Assembly: GCA_031367385.1 (NCBI GenBank)
Contig: JANLPS010000134.1
Location: 1 to 30,202 of the forward strand
Origin: Archangium sp.
GTDB lineage: Bacteria > Myxococcota > Myxococcia > Myxococcales > Myxococcaceae
Direction: 5' to 3'
Length of the DNA stretch: 30,202 nt
Below, in pieces: positions 1-8,802 of this stretch. The translations under genes were made by a program, and so were the position numbers. The first letter of the stretch is position 1, and each line of letters starts with the position of its first letter. The notes beneath the pieces were generated by a model. It was given only the letters and a program-made list of their open reading frames with translations, ran no database searches and was not told the origin of the DNA.

Positions 1-102
1 CCAAGGCATCGGCAAGGCGCATCGGGCGATCTCCTTACTTCGAGATCGCCGCACTATGATCCTCCCTACGGCCCGCACAACCGTTCCGTTATCTGATCGG
101 CA

Positions 103-342
103 TTGGTGCTAGGCGGCGCGAGCCTCTGGTACGAACCCCTGCCGTTCCTTGACGAGCCGAGCCTCCGGTGGGCCGCGCTGGCAGTGACTCCGCTGGTATC
201 GGGCGCAGTGCTCGGGCTGGTGGCGCTTCGGCAACGGCGCGACGACGAGGCCGTGGTACCGGGCGCCTGGTTCGCCAGCGGAGCCGTGTTCACGCTCGCC
301 TACATGGTCGTGCGCGTCGTCGCCTTCTGGCACGTGCGGTGA
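103..342 (+). CDS. small putative membrane protein (start uncertain)
   Basis: 79-aa ORF with 2-3 hydrophobic segments, convergent with the next gene. TTG start just after an in-frame stop at 94-96, so the true start is unclear. Confidence 0.4.
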   Translation: MVLGGASLWYEPLPFLDEPSLRWAALAVTPLVSGAVLGLVALRQRRDDEAVVPGAWFASGAVFTLAYMVVRVVAFWHVR

Positions 343-346
343 TCGA

Positions 347-1060
347 TTAGATCTCGCTGGGCAGCTTCGTGCGCGTGACCTTCTTCTCGTTGAAGTTGGG
401 AGCGCGAACGACCAACCCGTGCCCGCCGTGGCACATGCCCTGGTCCTCGGTCATGTGGCTGAACGAGACGACGACGATGTTGCCGCCGGCTGCGGCTCCA
501 AGCACCCGCAGCTCTTCGATGAACGCCGCTTCGTCTTCTCGAAACGCAGAGACCGCCGTGAAGCGGCCCAACAGCTCGACGGTGTCATCAGTCGAAACGA
601 GCTGACCATCTTTGAGCTCGACGCCTGAGGGCAGTGCCTCGACCAACACTACGACCTTCGAGCGATCGACCTTGGGCACCGTGTCTTCTTTCGCGGCCAC
701 CGGCTCGGGAGCGGCATCGAAGGCCTTGAGCCGCTCGAGCTCTTTGGTGCGAGCACTGGCTCGCAGCTCTTCAGCCCGCGAACTTGGCTTTTGCTTCAGC
801 TGGGTCTCGAGCTCGGCGATTCGGGCCTGGCGTGCCTTGAGGTCGGTCTTCAGGTCGACGGCGGCAGTCGGCGCCGCGGGGTCTGAGGGCTTCGATGGCC
901 CCATGATGTGCTTGAACGTGTCGATGACCTTGCGATCGCCAGCCGGGTTGGCGACCCCGAAGCTCGTGTAGCGCAGCGTCAGGTAGTTGATGTTGTCCTC
1001 CGCGTACACCGCGCCAGACACTCCGAGACAGACCACCAAACCGACGAGCCCGTTTTTCAT
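347..1060 (-). CDS. secreted hypothetical protein with central coiled coil
   Basis: Signal peptide MKNGLVGLVVCLGVSGAVYA; heptad-like segment LKTDLKARQARIAELETQLKQK; starts 13 nt after the QueA-like stop. Confidence 0.75.
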   Translation of the reverse strand: MKNGLVGLVVCLGVSGAVYAEDNINYLTLRYTSFGVANPAGDRKVIDTFKHIMGPSKPSDPAAPTAAVDLKTDLKARQARIAELETQLKQKPSSRAEELRASARTKELERLKAFDAAPEPVAAKEDTVPKVDRSKVVVLVEALPSGVELKDGQLVSTDDTVELLGRFTAVSAFREDEAAFIEELRVLGAAAGGNIVVVSFSHMTEDQGMCHGGHGLVVRAPNFNEKKVTRTKLPSEI

Positions 1061-1073
1061 GGGTGGGCAGCTA

Positions 1074-2135
1074 TCAGCCTATCGAGGGCGCTTCAACCGC
1101 CCCCTGGTACGCTGGAACCCGATGGCCAACGACCGGGACCGTTGGAGCGAGCACCAACATCGCGTCTCCGGCCTCGTGATCTTGCAGACCTGCCTCTCGA
1201 GCGATCAGGCTTGCCTGCGAGAGCAGCGCAGATGGCAGCAGCGCTTCGAGCAACCGGTAGTGCGACTCCTGTGGAGAATGAATGCCGGTGAGCAGCCCGC
1301 TCACGACGCGCCGCCTGTGGCCCCCGTCGATCAGCAACGAGGTCGTGCCGTTGCCCGCGATCACCTCGTGCTCGCTGCTTTCGAGCGCCCGCATCACACT
1401 GGTGCCGACCGCGATGACGCGGTGATTCGAGGCCACCGCCGCGTTCACCGCCGCCGCCGTCACCGGGGGTATTTCGTAGCGCTCGGGCAAGGGCATGACG
1501 GCATCGAGCTTCGACTCGCCCGATGCGCTGAGCCCTGCGCCCTCGGTCAAGGCCACCACGCGCGCTCCGGCCTTTCGAAAACCGAGCAGGAGCTGCCAGG
1601 TCAGCGCGCGGCCCGCCGACACGTGCTCGGCCGCCCAGGGCCGTGAGGCGTAGATGTTCTGAAACGCCCACAGCGGCTCAGGGTCGGGCCGGTGCGCGTA
1701 CTGCACGGGCGACCCTCGTTGGTACACCATTCGCCACACCGCATCGACCGGCGCCTCGAAGCGCAGTCGCAGCAGCCGAGGCGACTGCGGCGCGGTGGCG
1801 ATGATTCGGGCCGACAACCCCCCGACGGTGAGCGCCTGCCCTTCGTGCACCTGCGGGGGCGCTGGCCGAAGCTCGGTGCGGGTTCGCCAATCGCCAGTGC
1901 CGAGCAAGACCGCGCTCCATTCATCGGCCCGCGGGTCGAACAGCCGTACTTCGAGCGCGTCGCCTTGGGCGGTCACGGCGCGCAGGGAGGCTGGAATGGT
2001 CGCGGCGTCGTTGACCACCACCACATCGCCAGCCCGCACGAAGCGTTCAATCGAGCCGAAAGGGCCGACCTCGATGGTCTCGCGCATCGAATCGACGGTG
2101 AGCAGCCGCACCTGGTCGCGGGGCACGCTGGTCAT
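1074..2135 (-). CDS. QueA-family (SAM:tRNA ribosyltransferase-isomerase-like) protein, non-canonical paralog
   Basis: Motifs GDVVVVNDAATIPA, FQNIYA, RVIAVGTSVMRALES, GLLTGIH, GDAML. ATG at 2135 overlaps the SDR stop (ATGA). Lacks canonical PLPPYI, AAPTAGLHF and TNFH. Confidence 0.85.
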   Translation of the reverse strand: MTSVPRDQVRLLTVDSMRETIEVGPFGSIERFVRAGDVVVVNDAATIPASLRAVTAQGDALEVRLFDPRADEWSAVLLGTGDWRTRTELRPAPPQVHEGQALTVGGLSARIIATAPQSPRLLRLRFEAPVDAVWRMVYQRGSPVQYAHRPDPEPLWAFQNIYASRPWAAEHVSAGRALTWQLLLGFRKAGARVVALTEGAGLSASGESKLDAVMPLPERYEIPPVTAAAVNAAVASNHRVIAVGTSVMRALESSEHEVIAGNGTTSLLIDGGHRRRVVSGLLTGIHSPQESHYRLLEALLPSALLSQASLIAREAGLQDHEAGDAMLVLAPTVPVVGHRVPAYQGAVEAPSIG

Positions 2136-2836
2136 GCGCTGGGCTCCCACTTCGAGGCCGAGACCCGTGAGCCGCTGGCGACGCTGGGGTCTTCGAGCAG
2201 CCGGGCGATGCGCTTGGCCACCACCTGGGGCTCGGTCAACGTCGCGGGGTCGGCCTCGGGCATCGCGTCGTGGTGCATCTGCGTGCGCATCTCTCCCGGG
2301 TCGATGCAGAGCAGGCGTACGCCGGTGCCAGCGAGCTCGGCGGCCATCACGCGGGTCAGGTGATCGTGCGCCGCCTTCGACGCGCCGTAAGGGCCCCAGG
2401 TCGGGGAGGCCTCGACCGCCGCATCGGAGCTGATGTGCACGACCGTGCCCCGCTCGCGCATCACCATCGGGCCGACCAGTGCCTTGCTGAGCCGAAACGG
2501 GCCCACCACGTTGGTCTGCAGCACCGCCTCGAGGTCTTCGCAGTCGGTGTCGAGCAAGGGCCGCAGCGGCACCGGCCCCAGGGTGCTCGCGTTGTGCACC
2601 AGCAGGTCAATCGGCCCCACCAGCGCCTGGGCCTCGCCCGCGATGCGCCAGGTGGCGTCTTTGTCAGCGATGTCGGCCACGATGAAGTGGGCCCCGAGCT
2701 CGTCAGCGAGGGCTTTGAGCGGCTCGGGGTGACGAGCCACCAGCACCAACTTCACGTCTCGGGCGGCCAATTCACGGGCGAGGGCGGCGCCGAGCCCACG
2801 GCTTGCTCCGGTGATCAATGCGGTCTGTGTTTTCAT
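2132..2836 (-). CDS. short-chain dehydrogenase/reductase (SDR)
   Basis: TGASRGLG Rossmann motif, HNAS, ISS, catalytic YGASK, DPGEMRT; start taken at MKTQTALITG. Confidence 0.93.
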   Translation of the reverse strand: MKTQTALITGASRGLGAALARELAARDVKLVLVARHPEPLKALADELGAHFIVADIADKDATWRIAGEAQALVGPIDLLVHNASTLGPVPLRPLLDTDCEDLEAVLQTNVVGPFRLSKALVGPMVMRERGTVVHISSDAAVEASPTWGPYGASKAAHDHLTRVMAAELAGTGVRLLCIDPGEMRTQMHHDAMPEADPATLTEPQVVAKRIARLLEDPSVASGSRVSASKWEPSA

Positions 2837-2840
2837 GCCT

Positions 2841-2893
2841 CGTGTTGTAGCGCCGCTAGACAACACGTCAGAGGGCTTGCCAATGTATTGGCA
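2841..2893. promoter_or_regulatory. putative operator palindromes in the SDR/XRE divergent intergenic region
   Basis: TGCCAAT-GT-ATTGGCA (2878-2893) abuts the XRE RBS (AGGAGG). A second inverted repeat, CGTGTTGT-N11-ACAACACG (2841-2867), lies next to the SDR start. Confidence 0.55.
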
Positions 2894-2905
2894 GGAGGCT
2901 GATAG

Positions 2906-3451
2906 ATGAGCACCCACAGCGAGCACCTCGCCGAGAACATCAAGCAACTTCGAACCGTTCGAGGCCTGTCACAGGCGCAGATGGCGAAGCTGGTCGGCAT
3001 CCCCCGCACCACGTGGGGTCACCTCGAGTCATACGGCGCCAACCCGACCCTCGATGTGCTGCTGCGCGTCGCGGGGGCCCTGCACGTGCGGCTCGAAGAG
3101 CTGTTGGCCCCAGTGCGGCGGCCCGTTCGCCTGGTACGCGCAGCCGAGCTGCCCTCGCGCCGGCGCACAGAGGTGACGATTCGCTCGCTCCTGCCCGAGT
3201 CGATCGCGGAGATGGACCTGGAGCGAATGGTCTTCCCTCCCCGGGCGCGCTTGGTCGGCGTGCCGCACACGGAGGGGACGCGGGAGTACCTGACCTGCGA
3301 GCAGGGCCAGGTCGAGCTCGTGGTCGACGGCAACACCTTTCGCCTCGAGGTGGGTGACGTGGCGGTCTTTCGCGGCGACCAGAAGCACCAGTACGTCAAC
3401 CCGGGCAGCGTCGAGGCGGTGGCCTACAGCGTGCTCTCGTTTCTGGGGTGA
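2906..3451 (+). CDS. XRE-family HTH transcriptional regulator with C-terminal cupin domain
   Basis: LAENIKQLRTVRGLSQAQMAKLVGI...NPTLDVLLRVAGAL (HTH_3); cupin PH..G..E...G.V.L and F.GD..H.Y.N; AGGAGG RBS. Confidence 0.93.
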   Translation: MSTHSEHLAENIKQLRTVRGLSQAQMAKLVGIPRTTWGHLESYGANPTLDVLLRVAGALHVRLEELLAPVRRPVRLVRAAELPSRRRTEVTIRSLLPESIAEMDLERMVFPPRARLVGVPHTEGTREYLTCEQGQVELVVDGNTFRLEVGDVAVFRGDQKHQYVNPGSVEAVAYSVLSFLG

Positions 3452-3453
3452 GG

Positions 3454-3531
3454 GAAAAGGGGACAGGCTGGTTTAGTTCGGTGGCGTGCCCCGTGAGCCT
3501 CGGGCGAACTAAACCAGCCTGTCCCCTTTTC
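3454..3531. repeat. long palindromic REP/REPIN-like element, family A copy 1 (may also act as a bidirectional terminator)
   Basis: Perfect 27-bp inverted arms GAAAAGGGGACAGGCTGGTTTAGTTCG (3454-3480 / 3505-3531) with a 24-nt spacer, between convergent genes; core shared with 13953-14030. Confidence 0.85.
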
Positions 3532-3538
3532 GCCTGCG

Positions 3539-4621
3539 TCAGTGCGCGATGAGCGTCACGGTGAGCGATGACGGTGCATGGGTCGCGTCTTGCCGTTGCC
3601 AGAGCACCACGGCGGGCGTGGGCGTGCCGCACGCATGCGCGGTGATTGAGATCGGGGCCGTCTCCCAGGGTCGTGAATCGGTCACGTTCATCGGCAGCGC
3701 GGTGGTCGCTTCAGTCCACTGCGTGACGCCGCCATCACCGGGGGCGTTGCTGAAGCTGAACGCGAGCACGCTGGCGCAGGCTGGCACCTGGTACTGCACG
3801 GTGTACGAGACCGGGGTGTTGCCGTCGTTGCGAAAAGACAGCGTGCCGGTGCGCAAGCCCACGCCGAAGTCGACCGTTAGCGTGCCCCCGTCGCTGCACT
3901 GCTCACCAACGCCGAACCGAACGCAGGCCCGCGGCAGGGCCGCAATCGCGCGCCCCTGCATCGGCACCAGCGACGGCCCCACCGCCAGGGGCCCACTGAC
4001 GACCTCGCCCATCACCGTGGGCGTGAACGTGACCTTCGCCACCGTCTGGTCGCCAGGCGCGAGCGTGGTGAGCGCATTCGTGACGCTGATGTTCACTCCC
4101 CCGTCGACCGACGCGATGACCACTGGCGCGCTGCTCACATTGAGCAGCAGAACCGACAATGTCTTCGACTCGCCGAGGTACACCTCCGCGAAATCGAGCG
4201 TCGACGGAGTCGCCACCAACGGCGCCGCGATGCCGGTGCCACTCAGCCCCAGCTCGAACGGCGCATCATTCGAGGCCAACGTCACCGTGCCGGTCACCCG
4301 CTGTTCAACGACGCTCGGCGTGAAGCGGAGCACCAACTCACCGGTCGCGCCCGCATCGACACCAATGGGGAAGGCGCTCTGAGTGCCGAAGACGCGATCA
4401 CTGAATGTGGCCCCGGTCACGGTCAGCCCCGCCGTGCCCGAATTGCGAATCAATACATGGTGTTGCGCGGCGACGGCGATCGGCACCCGGCCGAAATCAA
4501 GGCTGGTTCTGGCGTTACCCTGGGCGTCGACCACCTCGAGCACCGCAAACCGGTTCGAGGTCGTCGGCTGTTGGCACGCGCAGGCAACCAGCACCAGGAG
4601 CGCGGCCGAGTGCCGGCTCAT
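3539..4621 (-). CDS. lipoprotein with tandem Ig-like ASH/choice-of-anchor-D-type domains
   Basis: Lipobox-like LVACAC; repeated LDFGxV/LDFAEV...N.G/S...L.V..FTP units; ATGA overlap with the gpsA stop. Confidence 0.75.
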   Translation of the reverse strand: MSRHSAALLVLVACACQQPTTSNRFAVLEVVDAQGNARTSLDFGRVPIAVAAQHHVLIRNSGTAGLTVTGATFSDRVFGTQSAFPIGVDAGATGELVLRFTPSVVEQRVTGTVTLASNDAPFELGLSGTGIAAPLVATPSTLDFAEVYLGESKTLSVLLLNVSSAPVVIASVDGGVNISVTNALTTLAPGDQTVAKVTFTPTVMGEVVSGPLAVGPSLVPMQGRAIAALPRACVRFGVGEQCSDGGTLTVDFGVGLRTGTLSFRNDGNTPVSYTVQYQVPACASVLAFSFSNAPGDGGVTQWTEATTALPMNVTDSRPWETAPISITAHACGTPTPAVVLWQRQDATHAPSSLTVTLIAH

Positions 4622-5622
4622 ACGTGCTCAGACTTCGGCGCACGCACCATCAAGTCGAGCGCGGCCGCCTTCGCGCTCTTGCCCTCGAAGGCGATCAAAT
4701 ACACCTGCTCGCAAATCGGCATCTCGACCTTGAGCGAGAGCGACAAGTCGCGCGCGCTCTTGGCGGTCTTGACCCCTTCGGCGACCTGCTTCATCTCTGA
4801 CAGAATCGACTCGAGCGAGCGGCCTTTGCCCAGCTCCATGCCCACCTTGCGGTTGCGTGACAGCTCTCCGGTGCAGGTCAGCACCAGGTCGCCCATGCCC
4901 GCCAGGCCCGACAGCGTGCCCGGCATGCCGCCCATCTTCACCGCGATGCGCGAAATCTCGGCCAAGCCTCGGGTGATGATGCCGGCGCGCGCGTTGTGAC
5001 CCAGCCCCAGGCCGTCACCCATGCCAGCCGCGATGGCGATGACGTTCTTGAGCGCTCCACCGACCTGCACGCCGACCACGTCGGTCGAGGTGTACGAGCG
5101 AAACGAGTCGCTCTGAAACATCGCCTGAGCGCGCTTGGCGGTCTTTTCCCACCGAGAGGCGATGGTGACCACCGTGGGCATCTTGAGCACCATCTCCTTC
5201 GCGAATGACGGCCCCGAGAGCACCCCGATTTGCGGGTGGTACGACTCGGGCAGGCACTGCTCGAGCACCTCGGTCATGGTCGCGAGCGTCTCGTTCTCGA
5301 TGCCCTTGGCGACCGAGATGATCGGCACGTGCTGCGGCAAGAGCTTCGCGCCCTTCGAAAGAAAGTCGCGGGTGGCCTGCGACGGAGTCGCCACTACGAT
5401 GAGCTCGGCGTCACGCGCTGCGTCTTCGAGGTCGGTGGTGCCCCGAATCTTCGTCGGCAGCTTGAGGCCCGGCAGATACCCGACGTTCTCGTGCTCGGCG
5501 TTGAGCTGGGCGATCACCTTCGCGTCACGCCCCCACAGCACGACCTCGTCGAAGTTCGCGGTCAAGACGGTGGCGATGGCCGTGCCGAAGCTGCCCGCTC
5601 CAAATACGGTTGCTTTCTTCAT
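4618..5622 (-). CDS. gpsA: NAD(P)H-dependent glycerol-3-phosphate dehydrogenase
   Basis: GAGSFGTA, KGIE, LSGPSFAKE, GGALKNVIAIAAG, GLAGMGDLVLTC, SRNR, AEGV; start at MKKATVFG. Confidence 0.97.
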   Translation of the reverse strand: MKKATVFGAGSFGTAIATVLTANFDEVVLWGRDAKVIAQLNAEHENVGYLPGLKLPTKIRGTTDLEDAARDAELIVVATPSQATRDFLSKGAKLLPQHVPIISVAKGIENETLATMTEVLEQCLPESYHPQIGVLSGPSFAKEMVLKMPTVVTIASRWEKTAKRAQAMFQSDSFRSYTSTDVVGVQVGGALKNVIAIAAGMGDGLGLGHNARAGIITRGLAEISRIAVKMGGMPGTLSGLAGMGDLVLTCTGELSRNRKVGMELGKGRSLESILSEMKQVAEGVKTAKSARDLSLSLKVEMPICEQVYLIAFEGKSAKAAALDLMVRAPKSEHV

Positions 5623-5648
5623 TGCGTGTGCCCCTTGAAAAGAACTGC

Positions 5649-6488
5649 TTAGAGCCCCGTCACCAGGCCCAGCGAGATTGCCGGCATCGCCCGAGAATCT
5701 TCGGCCCGGCCGTGAACGTCGAAGCCCGCGCCGCAAATGAACGACGTCTTCTCAGACAGCGGTATCTCGGCGCCGCCACGCAGCACCACGTTGTGCCCGA
5801 GCACCAGTGACGACGGTACTCCGTTGAGCGGGTCGCTCGCGAAGGGCTCGGTATCGAAGGCGAGCAGGTAGCGCGCGTCGAAGAAGATGCGCGCCGCACG
5901 GGGGTGGCTGCCTTGAAACGAGAAGACGATGCCGGGAGCCAGGTTCCAATTTCGGTGGCCGGTGATCCACCGGGGGCCTTTGTTCTCGCGGGCCGCGCGC
6001 TGGTTGAAGAACGCGACTCCGGCCTCGAGCGAGGCAGCGAGGGCCCAGGAGTCATTGCCAGCAAGCTGATACTTGGCCTGAATGCGCGGCTCGTTCATCG
6101 CGCCGTAAAACGAGTCGAAGCCCACGCCGACGTCGAGCCGGTCGAGCACACCGATGTTCACTCGCAGGCTCAGCAGCGGGAAGCCCAACACCAGCGACTG
6201 GCCGCGCTTCCACTGGCCGAGGGCCGGGGCGCCAAACATGCTGGTTCGGTTCGGCGCCTCAACGACGCGGGGCCGGTCAGACACCATGGGCTGCGCCTCG
6301 GGGGGCACGTACATCGGCTTGCGCTCGGGCGCGCCTGGCACCGTGCCCGGGTTGGGAGGCGTGGTGTTCGCCGGTGGCGGCGTCGAGAGCGACTCGGGCG
6401 GCCTCGACCACTGCTCGTCAGGGGCCGTGGTCTGCGCCGGGGCGGCCGCCGCGCAGAGCATCGCCATCGCAAAAAAAGACCGGCTCAT
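5649..6488 (-). CDS. secreted/outer-membrane hypothetical protein
   Basis: Signal peptide MSRSFFAMAMLCAAAAPA, Pro-rich linker, then amphipathic beta-strand pattern. Confidence 0.75.
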   Translation of the reverse strand: MSRSFFAMAMLCAAAAPAQTTAPDEQWSRPPESLSTPPPANTTPPNPGTVPGAPERKPMYVPPEAQPMVSDRPRVVEAPNRTSMFGAPALGQWKRGQSLVLGFPLLSLRVNIGVLDRLDVGVGFDSFYGAMNEPRIQAKYQLAGNDSWALAASLEAGVAFFNQRAARENKGPRWITGHRNWNLAPGIVFSFQGSHPRAARIFFDARYLLAFDTEPFASDPLNGVPSSLVLGHNVVLRGGAEIPLSEKTSFICGAGFDVHGRAEDSRAMPAISLGLVTGL

Positions 6489-6548
6489 GAAGACCTGGAG
6501 TCTCGCATGAGCCGGCATTGGGTCGAAGCCTCTTCGCCTAAAGAATGA

Positions 6549-8543
6549 TCAGAGCGACTTGAGGTACGAGACCAGGTCGAGCTTCTCGTCGCTGGTCAAG
6601 CCCGAGGTCGTGCCGTGGCGGTCGCCGTCGTTCTTGAACACGCGCTCTTCGAGCGTGGTCATCGAGCCGTCGTGCAGGTACGGGGCAGAGCGGCCGACGC
6701 CGAGCAGCGAGGGCACGTTGAAGCCAGCGCGGGCCACCGGGCCGTTGTCAGCGTTCTTGTCGTGCAGGTTCAAGGTGCCGACGTCGGCGAAGAGGTTGTT
6801 GGTCATCAACTCGCCGGTGTGGCAGGTCGCGCAGGCGGCCTTGTTCTCGAACAGCGCCTTGCCGCGCACCACGGCAGGGGAGGCGGCGTTCATACCGGTG
6901 GCGGCGACGGGCAGCTGATCGACCCACTTGTCGAGCTGGCCGGCCGCGGCGGTGGTCAAGCCTGAGCCGCCCATGCGCTCGGTGATCGTGTGCTTGTTGA
7001 AGGTGGTGAGGTCACTGAACTCGCCGCTCCAGTGGTACGGCGCGGTCGAGAGCAGGTGGCGGCCCGCGAGCGCCGGCGTCTGGCGCGGCCCATCGGGGAA
7101 CTCCCAGACGTGACCGTCTTCACGGCCTTCGAGGTGGCAGGTGGCGCAGGCGACGTTGGTCGAGGCCGAGCTCATGCGGGTGTCGAGCGCGTCGAAGAAC
7201 AACCGGCGACCCGCGGCCAGCTCGGGGCTCAAGGTGTCTTTGGCGACTTCGATCGACTTGCCATTGTTGACGACCCGGGCCGAAGCGCCCTGGCCCGAGG
7301 CCTCGAGGGTCTCGATGCGGTGATCGAACTGGCTGTAGACGTACGCCTTGGTGCCATCGCGGGTGAGCGCGATGCCGTCAGAGCCCGCGCCGACGTGCAC
7401 GAGGCTGCGAACCGAGGTGCCGGTGCTGGCATACGTGGTGTCGTCGCCGGTGCGTCGGTAGGCCGGCAACACCGCGACGTTCGATGACTCGCGATTGACC
7501 ACGAACAACCAGGTGCCGGTGGGGTCGACCACGCCGACGGTCGGGCCTTGAATCGCATCTCCGCCGCCAGGGGTCGACGAAGCCAGAGTCGAGACCGGGT
7601 AGTCTTTGTCAGCCCCTGAGTTCGTGCCGCTCGAGAAGCAGCTGGTCAAGTCGTCGACCTGGGGGGTCACGGCGGTGCGCGTATCGACGGTCACGATACC
7701 CGCCGTGGCGACCGCGCCCACGTTGCAGGGGCCGCCCGCCGAGTAGTACCCGCCAGCCGATGAAGGTTTGCGGCCAATGGCGTCTTCACGGGCCCACACC
7801 ACCGGGGCGAAGACGCGGTTGCCGTCGGGAGTGACGATCAAATCAGCGACCGCGCGCGGGTGAAAAGTGCTGAACGAGCTGCCATAGGTCGAAGACGGCG
7901 TCGAGCGCGAGGCGTTGGCGAGATCGTAGATGCCGTTGCTGCCGGTGCCTGCCTTGAGTGCGCCCTTGGCCAAATCGACCTCGACCAGCTCACCCTGCTT
8001 GAAGAGCGACACGACCGCCCGGTTGCCAGCGACGACGGTCACCGCGCGCGGCTCAGCCCCCACGGGTATCTCGAACTGCGGCTGCAACGTCGCGGTGTCG
8101 AAGGCGGTCAGGGTACCGAAGTCGGGGTTCTCTTTGGCCGCGCTGCTGGTTACGAGCAGCTGCTTGTTGTCAGGAGTGAGAGCCAGCCCGGTGGGCTCGA
8201 TGCCGACCTGCAGGCGGGTGGCCTCTGACCAGGTGTCGCGGTGAATGACCGAGACCGAGTTGTCGCCGCGATTGGCGACGTAGATGGTGTCATCACTGCC
8301 GACGAGCAGGCGCACGGGGCTGTTGCCCACTTTGATCTCAGCGATCTTCGCGCTGGTCTTGGTGTCGATGACCGCGACGATGCCGTTGTCGGTGTCAGCC
8401 GCGTACAAGTACTGGTCGTCGGTCGAGAGGGCGACCGAGCCCGACGAGCGCGTCGAGGTACCGCTGCCGTGGTCGACGCAGCCCGTGAACAGCAGGCCTG
8501 CCGCCAACGCCCCAACCACCATTGACCGCTTGAAGATGTTCAT
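6549..8543 (-). CDS. lipoprotein: YVTN/YncE beta-propeller fused to a di-haem cytochrome c (bCcP/MauG-like) domain
   Basis: Lipobox LFTGC; YVTN-type repeats (IKVGNSP, LQVGIEP, IPVGAEP, YVANRGDNSVSVI); two CATCH haem motifs; PRQTPAL, PYHWSG, FNVPSL, PYLHDGS. Confidence 0.88.
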   Translation of the reverse strand: MNIFKRSMVVGALAAGLLFTGCVDHGSGTSTRSSGSVALSTDDQYLYAADTDNGIVAVIDTKTSAKIAEIKVGNSPVRLLVGSDDTIYVANRGDNSVSVIHRDTWSEATRLQVGIEPTGLALTPDNKQLLVTSSAAKENPDFGTLTAFDTATLQPQFEIPVGAEPRAVTVVAGNRAVVSLFKQGELVEVDLAKGALKAGTGSNGIYDLANASRSTPSSTYGSSFSTFHPRAVADLIVTPDGNRVFAPVVWAREDAIGRKPSSAGGYYSAGGPCNVGAVATAGIVTVDTRTAVTPQVDDLTSCFSSGTNSGADKDYPVSTLASSTPGGGDAIQGPTVGVVDPTGTWLFVVNRESSNVAVLPAYRRTGDDTTYASTGTSVRSLVHVGAGSDGIALTRDGTKAYVYSQFDHRIETLEASGQGASARVVNNGKSIEVAKDTLSPELAAGRRLFFDALDTRMSSASTNVACATCHLEGREDGHVWEFPDGPRQTPALAGRHLLSTAPYHWSGEFSDLTTFNKHTITERMGGSGLTTAAAGQLDKWVDQLPVAATGMNAASPAVVRGKALFENKAACATCHTGELMTNNLFADVGTLNLHDKNADNGPVARAGFNVPSLLGVGRSAPYLHDGSMTTLEERVFKNDGDRHGTTSGLTSDEKLDLVSYLKSL

Positions 8544-8684
8544 GCGCGCCTCGTGTGTTTCGTGTGCATCGCTGCGGTTTGATTGAAGCAACTGACTCTC
8601 ATGTCGTATTCGTGGCGCTTCACATCGCCATTGGGCCGACAACCTGCCCGAAATTCAAGACCCCTCGACTGCGTCGCGCCACTA

Positions 8685-8700
8685 TGCAGCACCTGTGCCC
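8685..8700 (-). promoter_or_regulatory. possible sigma54 (-24/-12) promoter for the cytochrome c lipoprotein
   Basis: Minus strand GGGCAC-AGGTG-CTGCA has correct GG-N10-GC spacing, about 140 nt upstream of the start. Confidence 0.3.
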
Positions 8701-8802
8701 GCGATGCACGCGGCGGCGGCCCTCGACACAGAAGAACCGCAGGCCGAGCCGAATGTGCAAGAAGGTGCGCGCGCGAGCACCCGACTGCTCATGTGAGACC
8801 GC

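Noticed and set aside
1074..2135. Calling the gene canonical queA
   Set aside because: Key canonical motifs are replaced and the context is SDR/XRE rather than tgt
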